From NCBI GenBank assembly GCA_020852955.1, contig JADYZW010000035.1, forward strand, positions 26,024-90,023: a DNA stretch of 64,000 nucleotides. Reading direction: 5' to 3'. Positions within the stretch are counted from its first letter, which is position 1; each line of letters starts with the position of its first letter. Source of the DNA: Deltaproteobacteria bacterium (GTDB taxonomy: Bacteria; Desulfobacterota; Binatia; UTPRO1). The translations under genes were made by a program, and so were the position numbers. Of this stretch, positions 49,110 through 58,047 are shown piece by piece. A model generated the notes under the pieces. It did not search any database, was not told the origin of the DNA, and was given only the letters and a program-made list of their open reading frames with translations.

Positions 49110-50813
49110 TTACGCGGCGCTCGCCGACCGGAGCGGCGCCGGGCAGACGAGCCGGACGCGCGTGCCCGCGCCCGGTGCCGATCGCACCTCCAGGCGACCG
49201 CCGAGCGCGAGGGCCCGCTCCTCCATGCCCACGAGGCCGAGCGCCTCGCTCACCCGCGCCGCCTCGGGCTCGAAGCCGCGGCCGTCGTCCGCGATCTCGA
49301 TCTCGAGTCCGTCGGGACCGACCGTGAGCGCGATCCCGATCGTCCGCGCGTCCGCGTGGCGGATCGCGTTCGCCAACGCCTCCTGCGCGATGCGGTAGAC
49401 GGCGATCTCGGTCTCCTCGTGGAGACGGGGGATCGGAGCGCGTACGTCGGTCGTGACGGTCGTCCCGGCCGTGCTCATGCCCTCGGCGAGGGACCGCAGG
49501 CTCTCCTCGAGCCCGAGCTCGCGGAGCGGCATCGGCCGGAGCTCGCGCGCGAGCTGCCGCAGGTGCTCGCCGACCTCGCCGACGTAGCGTCCGACGCGCG
49601 CGAGGTCGCCGGTCAATCCGGGCGCTTCCCCGGCGGCGCGCCGGCGCAGCGACTCGATCAGGATGCCGATGCCCACGAGCTCCTGGCAGACGTCGTCGTG
49701 CAGGTCGAAGCCGAGGCGCTTGCGCTCGTCCTCGCGGATGCTCGCCTGGTGGCGCGCGAGGCCGCGGAGCCGCTCCTCGCTCCGCCGGAGATCCTCGAGC
49801 GAGGCGCGGAGCGCGTCCTCCGCCGCGCGCCGCTCGGTGACGTCGCGTACGATCCCGCGCGCGCCGACGACGCGGCCGTCGGCGTCGTGGATCGGGGTGG
49901 CGACGCACTCGAGCCATCGCCGCCCTCCCGGGCCGGGGACCCAGTAGACCAGCGGCGGGAGCTCCTCGCCCGCCGCCATGCGGGCGCGGAGCGCGCGCGC
50001 ATCGGGATTCTCGGCGTCGCGGGGCACCAGCGTGCCGGCGTCCCGGCCGATCAACGACGCCGGCGTCGCGCCGCAGGCGCGGGCGAACGCCTCGTTCGCG
50101 TAGGTGATGCGGCCGTCGAGATCGTGCGCGTAGATCATGTCGCGCGCATGCTCGGCGAGGTCGCGGTAGGCCTCGTAGGCGGCCGCGAGCTGCCGGCGCG
50201 CGACGCGCCCGGCCGCGGCCTGCGCGAACGCCCGCGCCGTGCTCCGGGCGAGCGCCTCCGCGACGACGAGCGCCACGCCCGCGCCGAGTGCGGCCTCGAG
50301 CAGGATGACCGTCGAGTCGCTGAAGCGCTGGATCGTCGGCATCGCGACCGCGACCGGCAGCACGATCGCGCCGCTCGCCGCCAGGAGCGCCGCCGCCGCC
50401 CGCCACCCCCAGGCGAACGCCCAGGACGACCCCATGCAGATGAGCAGCACCGCGAACAGCATGACCTCGACCGAACCGCCGCCGATCGCGAAGAAGCCCG
50501 TCGCCAGCGCCACCATCGTCACGCAGGTGGCGAACGCGATCCGCTCCACGCGCGGCGCGCGCGCCTCGGCGCGGCACCAGGCGATGGCCAGGGCGAGGAC
50601 GAGCGCCTGGAGCCCGAGCGACGTCGCCGCCAGTCCGAACACGAGCCCGCCGTGCAGCACGCGGCCGGTCCGGAAGACGAGCCCGAGGCCGAGCCAGGCC
50701 GCCGCCGCCCACGGCAGGCTCTCGACGATGCGCTCGCGCCGCGCCTGCGCGAGCGTCGTGGCGCTCGCCTCGTCCGCGGCGACTGCCGCGAGAGCGCTGT
50801 CCGGTGCCGTCAT
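49110..50813 (-). CDS. membrane PAS-sensor histidine kinase (HisKA_3/NarX-LiaS type)
   Basis: About six TM helices and a PAS domain (ARDMIYAHDLDGRITYANEAF). A HisKA_3 H-box (ERKRLGFDLHDDVCQEL) and HATPase_c (IAQEALANAIRHA...DDGRGF...GLVGMEERA) follow. The start was taken at the MTAPDS ATG and is approximate to within 3 nt. Confidence 0.8.
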   Translation of the reverse strand: MTAPDSALAAVAADEASATTLAQARRERIVESLPWAAAAWLGLGLVFRTGRVLHGGLVFGLAATSLGLQALVLALAIAWCRAEARAPRVERIAFATCVTMVALATGFFAIGGGSVEVMLFAVLLICMGSSWAFAWGWRAAAALLAASGAIVLPVAVAMPTIQRFSDSTVILLEAALGAGVALVVAEALARSTARAFAQAAAGRVARRQLAAAYEAYRDLAEHARDMIYAHDLDGRITYANEAFARACGATPASLIGRDAGTLVPRDAENPDARALRARMAAGEELPPLVYWVPGPGGRRWLECVATPIHDADGRVVGARGIVRDVTERRAAEDALRASLEDLRRSEERLRGLARHQASIREDERKRLGFDLHDDVCQELVGIGILIESLRRRAAGEAPGLTGDLARVGRYVGEVGEHLRQLARELRPMPLRELGLEESLRSLAEGMSTAGTTVTTDVRAPIPRLHEETEIAVYRIAQEALANAIRHADARTIGIALTVGPDGLEIEIADDGRGFEPEAARVSEALGLVGMEERALALGGRLEVRSAPGAGTRVRLVCPAPLRSASAA

Positions 50814-50836
50814 GACGACCGCGCGGCGGCCGCGTC

Positions 50837-51319
50837 CTACAGGTGCGCGAGCACCGCCTCGGCGCTCGAGACGCTCAAGCCCGGTCCCGCCTCGACGAGC
50901 AGCTTCTCGACCCGCCCGTCGCGCAGGATCATCGCGTACCGCTGCGAGCGCTGCCCCATCCCGAAGCCCGAGGCGTCGAGTCCGAGGCCGACCGCGCGCG
51001 TGAAGTCGCCGTTGCCGTCGGCGAGCATGCGCACCTTGCCACCCGCGTTGCCGCTCCGGCCCCAGGCGTCCATCACGAAGGCGTCGTTGACCGCCAGACA
51101 CACGATCTCGTCGATCCCCTTCGCCCGCAACGCCTTCTCCTGCTCCACGAAGCCCGGCAGGTGCTTCATCGAGCAGGTGGGCGTGAACGCTCCGGGCACC
51201 GCGAACACCACGACGCGCTTGCCGCGCGCGAGTTCCGCCAACGACACCTGCGACGGTTTGCCGTCCGCCATCTCGGTGAGCTTCACATCGGGAACCGCAT
51301 CGCCTTCTTTGATCGCCAT
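50837..51319 (-). CDS. Prx5-type peroxiredoxin
   Basis: 160 aa. Peroxidatic Cys motif in PGAFTPTC. It is co-oriented with and about 25 nt upstream of the histidine kinase. Confidence 0.85.
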   Translation of the reverse strand: MAIKEGDAVPDVKLTEMADGKPSQVSLAELARGKRVVVFAVPGAFTPTCSMKHLPGFVEQEKALRAKGIDEIVCLAVNDAFVMDAWGRSGNAGGKVRMLADGNGDFTRAVGLGLDASGFGMGQRSQRYAMILRDGRVEKLLVEAGPGLSVSSAEAVLAHL

Positions 51320-51613
51320 GGCCGTCCTCCCTGGTCGTGTCGGGGGGACGCACCGCGCCCGATCCGACACCTCCCCCATGCCAAAGCGCCCCCGCGGCCG
51401 CAACCGCGGCGCGCCCCGGGGCCGCCGAGCCGTCCCGTCCGCGCCCGGGCGGGCGCAAGGCGCCGGCCGACGGCCGCGCCGCGCACGACACGAGCCCCGC
51501 ATGGCGGTTGACGCTGCCGGGTCTCGCCACCTACAAGGCTCCGTCGCCGGCCCGACCGGCGACCCGAGGCGCCGCCTTCGCGTCCCGGGACCGAAGAAGG
51601 AGCCGACCCCCCA

Positions 51614-52150
51614 ATGTCGTTGCTGAAGCTCCTCGGATGGGCGGATGCCGAGCCACCCGCGGAGCGCCTCGCCGCCACCATCCAGACCCGGCTGACCGAC
51701 CTCCCGCCGGCGCGCGCGGAGTTCGTCGCGGCGTTCGCCGGGCTGCTCGTGCGGGTCGCGTACGTCGACCGCAGCATCTCGGAAGCCGAGCGCGCCGTCC
51801 TGACGCCGCTCCTCGCCGCCAACGCCGGACTGCCGGCGGCCGAGGCGGAGGCCGTCATGGAGATCGTCACCCACCGCGCGACGACGCTCGAAGGCATCAG
51901 CTACGCCTCGCTGACGCGCGCCTTCAACGCCATCGCCACTCCGGACGAGAAGGAACGGCTGATCGACTGCCTCTTCGCGGTCGCGACCGCCGGGGGCTCG
52001 ATCTCCCTGGTCGAGGACGAGGAGGTCCGCGCGGTCGCGCGGGCCCTGCTGCTGTCCCATCAACAGCTGATCGCCGTCCGGAGCCGCTACAAGGATCAGC
52101 TCGAGGTGATCCAGGCGGCGCGCCGGGCGCGCGGCGGCCGAGAGCCATGA
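51614..52150 (+). CDS. TerB-family (tellurite-resistance-like) protein
   Basis: 178 aa of TerB-like helical repeats (SISEAERAVLTPLL...ATPDEKERLIDCLFAVATAGGS...EEVRAVARAL). Confidence 0.65.
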   Translation: MSLLKLLGWADAEPPAERLAATIQTRLTDLPPARAEFVAAFAGLLVRVAYVDRSISEAERAVLTPLLAANAGLPAAEAEAVMEIVTHRATTLEGISYASLTRAFNAIATPDEKERLIDCLFAVATAGGSISLVEDEEVRAVARALLLSHQQLIAVRSRYKDQLEVIQAARRARGGREP

Positions 52151-53235
52151 GCCGTCCGTTCGCCTTCTACGCCGCCGAAATCTCCTACTTCTCGGCGAAG
52201 GTCCGACCGGCCCTGCGGTACAAGGACGTCCACTACCGGGAGCTCCTTCCCGACTACCACGGCGTGATCCTGCCGCGGACGGGCCTCGCCTTCATCCCCA
52301 TCGTCGTCACGCCCGAGGACGACACCTGGCAGGACACGAGCGCGATCCTCGACAACCTGGAAGCGCGGATCCCCGCGCCGCCGCTCTACCCGTCGACGCC
52401 GGTACAGCGCGTGACCGCCTACCTCGTCGAGCTCTACGCCGACGAGTTCATGCTCCTTCCGGCCATGCACTACCGCTGGAGCTTCCCCGAGAGCATCGCG
52501 AAGGCGCGCGCCGACTTCGCCTCCAATGCGCCCGATGCGGCGACGGCAGAGCGCTTCGCGACCCGCATGCAGGGCTCGCTCCCCTTCCTCGGCGTGACCC
52601 CCGCGACGGCGCCGGCGATCGAGGCCCACCTCCGCGACCTCCTCGACGCGCTCTCGGCGCACCTCAGCGTCCATCCGTACCTCCTCGGCGAGCGCATGTC
52701 GCTCGCCGACTGCGCGCTCATGGGCCCGCTCTACGCCCACCTCTACCTCGACGCCGTGCCGGGGCGGCTCCTGCGCGAGACGGCGCCCGAGGTCTGCCGC
52801 TGGATCGAGCGCATGAACCATCCCGATCCCGACGCGGCGGGCACATGGCTCGCCGACGACGCGCTCGCGCCGACGCTCCGGCCGATCCTCTCGCTGATCG
52901 GCGCCGACGCCGTGCCGATGCTCCTCGACGGCCTCGGCGCCTTCGAGGCCTGGGCGGACGCACGGCCGCCGGACATGCTCGAACCGCCGCGCGGCGTCGG
53001 GGGCCACGCGTCCGGGCTCCGCGGCGTCGCCATGCAGCGCTTCACGAGCGCCTACACTCCCTGGATGGCGCAGCGCCCACTCGATCAGTACCGCGCGCTC
53101 GGCGCCGCCGGACGCGCCGCGGTCGACCGCGCCTTCACCGGCACCGGGTGCGACGCGCTCCTCCGTCACACGCCGCGCCACCGGGTCGGCAAGCGCCGCT
53201 TCACGTTGGTGCTCGAGGGCGGAGGCACGGGATGA
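52147..53235 (+). CDS. glutathione S-transferase family protein
   Basis: 362 aa. GST N-terminal thioredoxin-like fold (FYAAEISYFSAKVRPALRYK) and a helical C-domain. It overlaps the TerB stop by 4 nt (ATGA). Confidence 0.7.
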   Translation: MSRPFAFYAAEISYFSAKVRPALRYKDVHYRELLPDYHGVILPRTGLAFIPIVVTPEDDTWQDTSAILDNLEARIPAPPLYPSTPVQRVTAYLVELYADEFMLLPAMHYRWSFPESIAKARADFASNAPDAATAERFATRMQGSLPFLGVTPATAPAIEAHLRDLLDALSAHLSVHPYLLGERMSLADCALMGPLYAHLYLDAVPGRLLRETAPEVCRWIERMNHPDPDAAGTWLADDALAPTLRPILSLIGADAVPMLLDGLGAFEAWADARPPDMLEPPRGVGGHASGLRGVAMQRFTSAYTPWMAQRPLDQYRALGAAGRAAVDRAFTGTGCDALLRHTPRHRVGKRRFTLVLEGGGTG

Positions 53236-53678
53236 GCGACGTCGAGCTCGGTGCGTTCGACCAGGCGATCGCCGACGCGATGGTGCAGGCGCACGGCGCT
53301 CCGGGCGGCCTGCCGGGCTACCTCGGCATCCGCTTCGAGTCGCTCACGGCGGGACGCCTCGTCGCCACCATGGAGGCGCGCCGGGAGCTCCTGACGCCGC
53401 TCGGCGCGCTGCACGGCGGCGTCATGGCGGGCTTCGTCGATCACACGCTCGGCTGCGTGCTCTATCCGCTCATGAAGCGCGGGCAGTGGGCCGCGACGAC
53501 CGAGTTCAAGCTGAACTACCTGCGCGCCGTGCAGGGCGGCGCGCTGCGTGCCGAAGCGCGCGTCCTCGCGATGGGGCGACGCTCCGCCGTCGTGCGCGTC
53601 GAGGTGACCCACGAGGGCGCGCTCGTCTGCGCCGCGCAGGGCACCCTCCTCGTCTCCGATCCGCCGAGCTCGGGCTAG
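53232..53678 (+). CDS. PaaI-family hotdog thioesterase
   Basis: 148 aa with the GALHGGVMAGFVDHTLG signature. It overlaps the GST stop by 4 nt. Confidence 0.8.
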   Translation: MSDVELGAFDQAIADAMVQAHGAPGGLPGYLGIRFESLTAGRLVATMEARRELLTPLGALHGGVMAGFVDHTLGCVLYPLMKRGQWAATTEFKLNYLRAVQGGALRAEARVLAMGRRSAVVRVEVTHEGALVCAAQGTLLVSDPPSSG

Positions 53679-53685
53679 CGGCGCG

Positions 53686-54702
53686 TCAGGGGATCAGCAG
53701 CACCTTGCCGACGTTGGCGCGCGCTTGCAGGTACGCATGCGCGGCGGCGGCGTCCGCCAGGGGAAAGGTCTTCGCGATGGTCGGGCGCACCCGGCCGTCG
53801 CGAGCGTAGTCGAGCACCTTCTCCAGATAGGCGCGCAGCCGCTCCATCTCGCCCCACAGGTGGCCGAGATTGAAGCCGAGGACGCCGCGGTTCTCGTTCA
53901 TGAGGCGGACCAGGCCGAAGCGCGGCATGCGCGCGAGCTGCCAGAGCGCGGGGAGGATGCGGCGCGACGTCGCCGGCGCGAGCGACGACACGCCGTACCC
54001 GACCAGCCGACCGAGCGGGGCGAGCGCCCGGTAGCTGCGGCGGAGGTGCGCGCCGCCGATCGGATCGAGGACCACGTCCGCCCCCTTCCCGCCCGTCACG
54101 CGCTTCGTCTCGGCGACGAAGTCCTGGGCGCCGTAGTCGATCACGTGGGCGACGCCCGCCGCGCGGAGCGCCGCGTGCTTCGCCGCCGACGCGGTGCCGA
54201 TCACCTCGGCGCCGTAGATGCGGCAGAGCTGCACCGCCGCGAGCCCGACGCCGCCCCCCGCGCCGTGGATCAGCACGCGGTCCCCGCCGCGCACGTTGCC
54301 GAGCACCTCGAGCATGAGGATCGCCGTGAGGTAGTTCACGGGAATCGCCGCCCCCTCCTCGAACGAGAGGCCCGGCGGCAACGCGGCCACCTGCACCGCC
54401 GGCACGACGACCAGCTCCGCGTACCCCTCGAAGCGCGTCGGCGCGAGCACCCGCGCGCCGGCCGCGATGCCGGTCACGCCGGCGCCGACTTCGTCGACCG
54501 TGCCCGCGACCTCGTAGCCGACGACGCACGGCGGCTTCGGCGCATCGGGGTAGAGGCCCATGCGCGCCATCACGTCGGCGAAGTTCACGCCGGAGGCGGC
54601 GACCCGGATACGCACCTCGCCCGGGCCGGCGTGCGGATCGGGAACCTCGCGCACCTCGAGCACGTCGGGCGCGCCGACGCGCGGGATCCAGACCGAACGC
54701 AT
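53686..54702 (-). CDS. NADPH:quinone oxidoreductase / zeta-crystallin-like MDR
   Basis: 338 aa. It has an MDR fold with a Rossmann GxGxxG (IHGAGGGVGLAAVQL) and lacks catalytic zinc ligands. Confidence 0.85.
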   Translation of the reverse strand: MRSVWIPRVGAPDVLEVREVPDPHAGPGEVRIRVAASGVNFADVMARMGLYPDAPKPPCVVGYEVAGTVDEVGAGVTGIAAGARVLAPTRFEGYAELVVVPAVQVAALPPGLSFEEGAAIPVNYLTAILMLEVLGNVRGGDRVLIHGAGGGVGLAAVQLCRIYGAEVIGTASAAKHAALRAAGVAHVIDYGAQDFVAETKRVTGGKGADVVLDPIGGAHLRRSYRALAPLGRLVGYGVSSLAPATSRRILPALWQLARMPRFGLVRLMNENRGVLGFNLGHLWGEMERLRAYLEKVLDYARDGRVRPTIAKTFPLADAAAAHAYLQARANVGKVLLIP

Positions 54703-54704
54703 GC

Positions 54705-55595
54705 TCACCTCCCCACGGATACCGGCGGCAGCCGGAGCAGCGCGGCCGCCTCGGCCCGCGTCGCCACCCGCCGCCCCGCGCGCTCCGCCATCGCCGCGAC
54801 GGCGCGCACCAGCTCCGCGTTCCGCGGTGCGCCCGCCCCCCCATGGTCCTCGAGCCCGACCCGCACGTGGCCGCCGCGCGCGATCGCGAGGGGCGCGAGC
54901 GTCGCGAGCACGTCGCCGCCGATCACCCCGACCATCCACGGCAGGTCCGTACCCGCCAGCATCGCGAGGTAGGCGTCGAGGCCCGCCGCCGTCGGCGGCA
55001 ACCCGAAGGGCAGCGCGTCGCCCCCGAAATAGAGCTGGATCTTCCCGGGCGGAAGCCGGCCGCGCGCGTGGTAGGCGAGGGCCACGCGAAGGAATCCCGG
55101 CTCGAAGATCGACACGTGGGCCGCGAGCCCGCGCGCCGCGCACGCGTCGAACATGTAGCGCGCGTCGGCGAAGGTGTTCTGGTAGACGAGGTCCATCGCC
55201 ATCGGCAGGCCGTCGGCGTCGAGCGGCCCGAGGCTCACCGATCCCGGGTCCACGAGGGCGAGCCGCAAGAGGCCGAGGTCGGCGAGCTCCTCGACGTGGG
55301 CGTAGCGCTCGCGCGCGTCCGTATGCGGGCCGCCGCCGCCCATCGTCGGATAGAGGATCGCGTCCGGGACCCGGGCGTAGATCGCGCGCCAGGCGTCGCG
55401 ATAGGGGGCGGTCGCGTGCCGGCCGACGAGGAGCCCGTCGTCGGTGTGGTGGTGGACGATCGCCGCGCCGGCCTCGAAGCACGCGACCGCGTCGGCGACG
55501 ATCTCCTCCACCGTCCGCGGCACGTGCGGCTGCGCGTCCGGCATCGTGGCCCCGTTCAGGGCGGCCTCGATCACGAGCGGAGCGGCGCCGGACAT
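54705..55595 (-). CDS. 3-keto-5-aminohexanoate cleavage enzyme family (BKACE/DUF849) protein
   Basis: 296 aa. TIM-barrel BKACE signatures (LVIEAALNG...IVHHHTDDG...GGGPHTDARERYAHVEEL...VRVGLEDH). It lies directly upstream of the quinone oxidoreductase gene. Confidence 0.8.
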   Translation of the reverse strand: MSGAAPLVIEAALNGATMPDAQPHVPRTVEEIVADAVACFEAGAAIVHHHTDDGLLVGRHATAPYRDAWRAIYARVPDAILYPTMGGGGPHTDARERYAHVEELADLGLLRLALVDPGSVSLGPLDADGLPMAMDLVYQNTFADARYMFDACAARGLAAHVSIFEPGFLRVALAYHARGRLPPGKIQLYFGGDALPFGLPPTAAGLDAYLAMLAGTDLPWMVGVIGGDVLATLAPLAIARGGHVRVGLEDHGGAGAPRNAELVRAVAAMAERAGRRVATRAEAAALLRLPPVSVGR

Positions 55596-55682
55596 GGCGC
55601 ACTCCTACGCGATGCGCAGGGGATTTCAAACGATCGACTCTCCGCCTTGACTACGCGCGCGACCCTGGGGGATCTTCACCCG

Positions 55683-56615
55683 ATGACACCCACCGCCCCG
55701 CGTCCCTCGACGGCCTCGGTCCGGATCCGGCTCGCGATCCTGGCCCTCGCCCTGGCATGGATTCCGGCCATCGCCGCCGCCCAGGTCTTCAAGGTCTGCG
55801 GCGACGTCGACGACAACGACGTGGTCTCCGTCACCGACGGCGTCCAGGTGCTGCGGGCGGCGGCGGGGCTCTCGACCGACTGCACCGACGCCATCTGCGA
55901 CGTCGACGTGAGCGGCGCGATCACCGTCACCGACGGCGTGGTGGTCCTGCGCAAGGCCGCGGGCCTCTCGATCACCGAGAACTGCATTCCGGACGACGGC
56001 CGCATCAACCAGCAGCTCTCCTACCTGATCCAGTTCACCCAGCCGCTGATCTCGAACGTGCTGCCGACGATCGTGGCGCATCGCGAGGAGAGCATCGACA
56101 ACGCGTTCACCTGCGACAACGGCGAGGACGGCCTCTACGAGATCTTCGTCACCGACGGCCAGCAGGACAACAGCTTCAGCGATTGCTACTTCGACAACGC
56201 CATCGTGAACGGCGATGTCGAGAACGCCAACGACGATCCGATCCTCTCGATCGAGATCGCCGAGGCCCGCAACGACGATACGATCACCTTCGACGGCACC
56301 GACGGCACGGCGCTGCTCGGCGTCAACGTCGAGGGGGGCGTGAAGTACAGCGGGCGGCTCGACGCGTCGCCGTCGTTCGAGCGCTTCGACACGAGCGACT
56401 TCCTGCTGGTGGTGGGCAACCTGCAGGTGCCCGGTGTCGGCTTCCCGCTCGGCGGGTCGATCACCTTCGAGTTCACCGAAGACTCGAACGTCCCCGACGT
56501 GCGCCGGGTGCGGATCTTCTACGACGGCTCCAACCTCGCCCGCGTCGAGGTCACGTTCAGCGACGGCGCGTTCAAGTACTACAAGTTCGAGTTGGCGTTC
56601 CTGAACTTCATCTAG
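55683..56615 (+). CDS. secreted protein with tandem dockerin-like module and acidic C-terminal domain
   Basis: Signal peptide, two dockerin-like repeats (CGDVDDNDVVSVTDGVQVLRAAAGLS / CDVDVSGAITVTDGVVVLRKAAGLS), and an Asp/Asn-rich domain of unknown function. It is the same module as in 16655..18877. Confidence 0.65.
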   Translation: MTPTAPRPSTASVRIRLAILALALAWIPAIAAAQVFKVCGDVDDNDVVSVTDGVQVLRAAAGLSTDCTDAICDVDVSGAITVTDGVVVLRKAAGLSITENCIPDDGRINQQLSYLIQFTQPLISNVLPTIVAHREESIDNAFTCDNGEDGLYEIFVTDGQQDNSFSDCYFDNAIVNGDVENANDDPILSIEIAEARNDDTITFDGTDGTALLGVNVEGGVKYSGRLDASPSFERFDTSDFLLVVGNLQVPGVGFPLGGSITFEFTEDSNVPDVRRVRIFYDGSNLARVEVTFSDGAFKYYKFELAFLNFI

Positions 56616-56626
56616 AAGAGGCGACC

Positions 56627-57580
56627 ATGCCCGACGCCATGACCATCGAGACCGTCCGGGCGCTCGCGCGCAAGCACCGCAACTGGGGCCGCTGGGGCGC
56701 GACCGACGAACTCGGCACCGTGAACTTCATCACCCCGGCGAAGATCGCCGCGGCGGCCCGCCTCGTCCGGCAGGGCAAGGTGCTCTCGCTCGCGATCCCG
56801 TTCGACGCCAACGGGCCGCAGACGGGATTCGGAGGGCGCGTGAATCCCCTGCACCAGATGTTGCAGGACGGCGGCGACATCGCGACGGGCGCCCAGGATT
56901 TCATCCCGGGCCTGCGCTACTGCGACGACGTCGTCACCATGCCGCTCCAGTGCGCGACGCAGTGGGACGCGCTCTCGCACATCTATTTCGACGGGAAGAT
57001 GTACAACGACCGGGGCCCGGAGATGGTGACGTCGAGCGGCGCCCGCGCCAACGCGATCACCGCGCTCCGGGACAAGATCGTGAGCCGCGGCGTCCTCCTC
57101 GACATTCCGCGCCTCCGGGGAACGCCCTGGCTCGAGCCCGGAGACGCCATCTACCCGGCCGATCTCGACGCCGCGGCCGCCTTGGGCGCGGTGCGGATCG
57201 AGAGCGGCGACATCGTTCTCATTCGCACGGGGCAGATGCGTCAGGTACGCGAGCGCGGCAGCTGGGGCGACTACGCCGGCGGCCCGGCGCCGGGTCTGAG
57301 CCTCACCTGCGCCGACTGGCTCGCGGCCCACGAGATCGCGGGCTACGCGACCGACACCTGGGGCACCGAGGTCATCCCGAACGAGACCCCCGACGTCTTC
57401 CAGCCGCTCCATTGCGTCGCGATCGTCAACATGGGGATGCTGGTCGGCGAGATCTTCACCCTGGAGGCGCTCGCCGAGGACTGCGCCGCGGACGGGGTCT
57501 ACGAGTGCCTCTTCGTCGCGCCCCCGTTGCCGATCACCGGCGCCGTCGGCTCGCCGATCAACCCGCTGGCGATCAAGTAG
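56627..57580 (+). CDS. cyclase-family protein (kynurenine formamidase-like)
   Basis: 317 aa. It belongs to the putative cyclase family (HRNWGRWGATDELGTVNF...QWDALSHIYFDG...GYATDTWGTE). Confidence 0.8.
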   Translation: MPDAMTIETVRALARKHRNWGRWGATDELGTVNFITPAKIAAAARLVRQGKVLSLAIPFDANGPQTGFGGRVNPLHQMLQDGGDIATGAQDFIPGLRYCDDVVTMPLQCATQWDALSHIYFDGKMYNDRGPEMVTSSGARANAITALRDKIVSRGVLLDIPRLRGTPWLEPGDAIYPADLDAAAALGAVRIESGDIVLIRTGQMRQVRERGSWGDYAGGPAPGLSLTCADWLAAHEIAGYATDTWGTEVIPNETPDVFQPLHCVAIVNMGMLVGEIFTLEALAEDCAADGVYECLFVAPPLPITGAVGSPINPLAIK

Positions 57581-57639
57581 CCGACCCGGCCGCGCGCGCC
57601 TGGCGCGCGCGCGGCCGACGTGCGACACATCCGGTCGCC

Positions 57640-58029
57640 ATGTTCTCGTCGCACGCCGTCACCCGCGGCATCGAGGTCTTCGTCCGGTCGAGCTATGTGC
57701 CCGAGCAGTCCGAGCCCGACGAGCAGCAGTGGTTCTTCGCGTACCGCGTCCGCATCACCAACGGCGGCGACGCGCCCGTGCAGCTCCTCAGCCGCCATTG
57801 GGTGATCACCGACGCCAACGGCAAGGTCGAGGAGGTGCGCGGCGCGGGCGTCGTCGGCAAGCAACCGATCCTCGAGCCCGGGCGATCCTTCGAGTACACC
57901 TCCGCCTGCCCGCTCGGCACCGCGTTCGGCACGATGCGCGGCGCCTATCGGATGCAGATCAGCGGCGGCGATGCGTTCGACGCGGAGATCGCGCCGTTCA
58001 CGCTGGCCGCTCCGAACGCCGTGCACTGA
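57640..58029 (+). CDS. apaG: ApaG (DUF525) protein
   Basis: 129 aa with the near-invariant ApaG core (FFAYRVRITNGGDAPVQLLSRHWVITDANGKVEEVRGAGVVGKQPIL...FEYTS). Confidence 0.85.
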   Translation: MFSSHAVTRGIEVFVRSSYVPEQSEPDEQQWFFAYRVRITNGGDAPVQLLSRHWVITDANGKVEEVRGAGVVGKQPILEPGRSFEYTSACPLGTAFGTMRGAYRMQISGGDAFDAEIAPFTLAAPNAVH

Positions 58030-58047
58030 CCGTAGCGCCCGCGGGCG

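Noticed and set aside
46612-49398. 928-aa plus ORF overlapping mprF out of frame
   Set aside because: The mprF frame has the expected TM flippase and synthase domains. This alternate is Arg/Pro-rich artefact.
49092-53181. 844-aa (+) ORF antisense to the kinase, plus 50837..52063 (-) N-terminal extension, 51337..53235 (+) extension and 52096..53181 (-)
   Set aside because: Only the terminal Prx (50837..51319) and GST (52147..53235) portions carry domain signatures. The extensions overlap TerB and other genes in wrong frames.
53686-57628. 647-aa minus ORF, 54560..57580 (+) 1006-aa ORF, 56612..57628 (-)
   Set aside because: These are composite read-throughs. Real genes were cut at internal ATGs with motif support (QOR 53686..54702, cyclase 56627..57580). 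The remaining parts are antisense.
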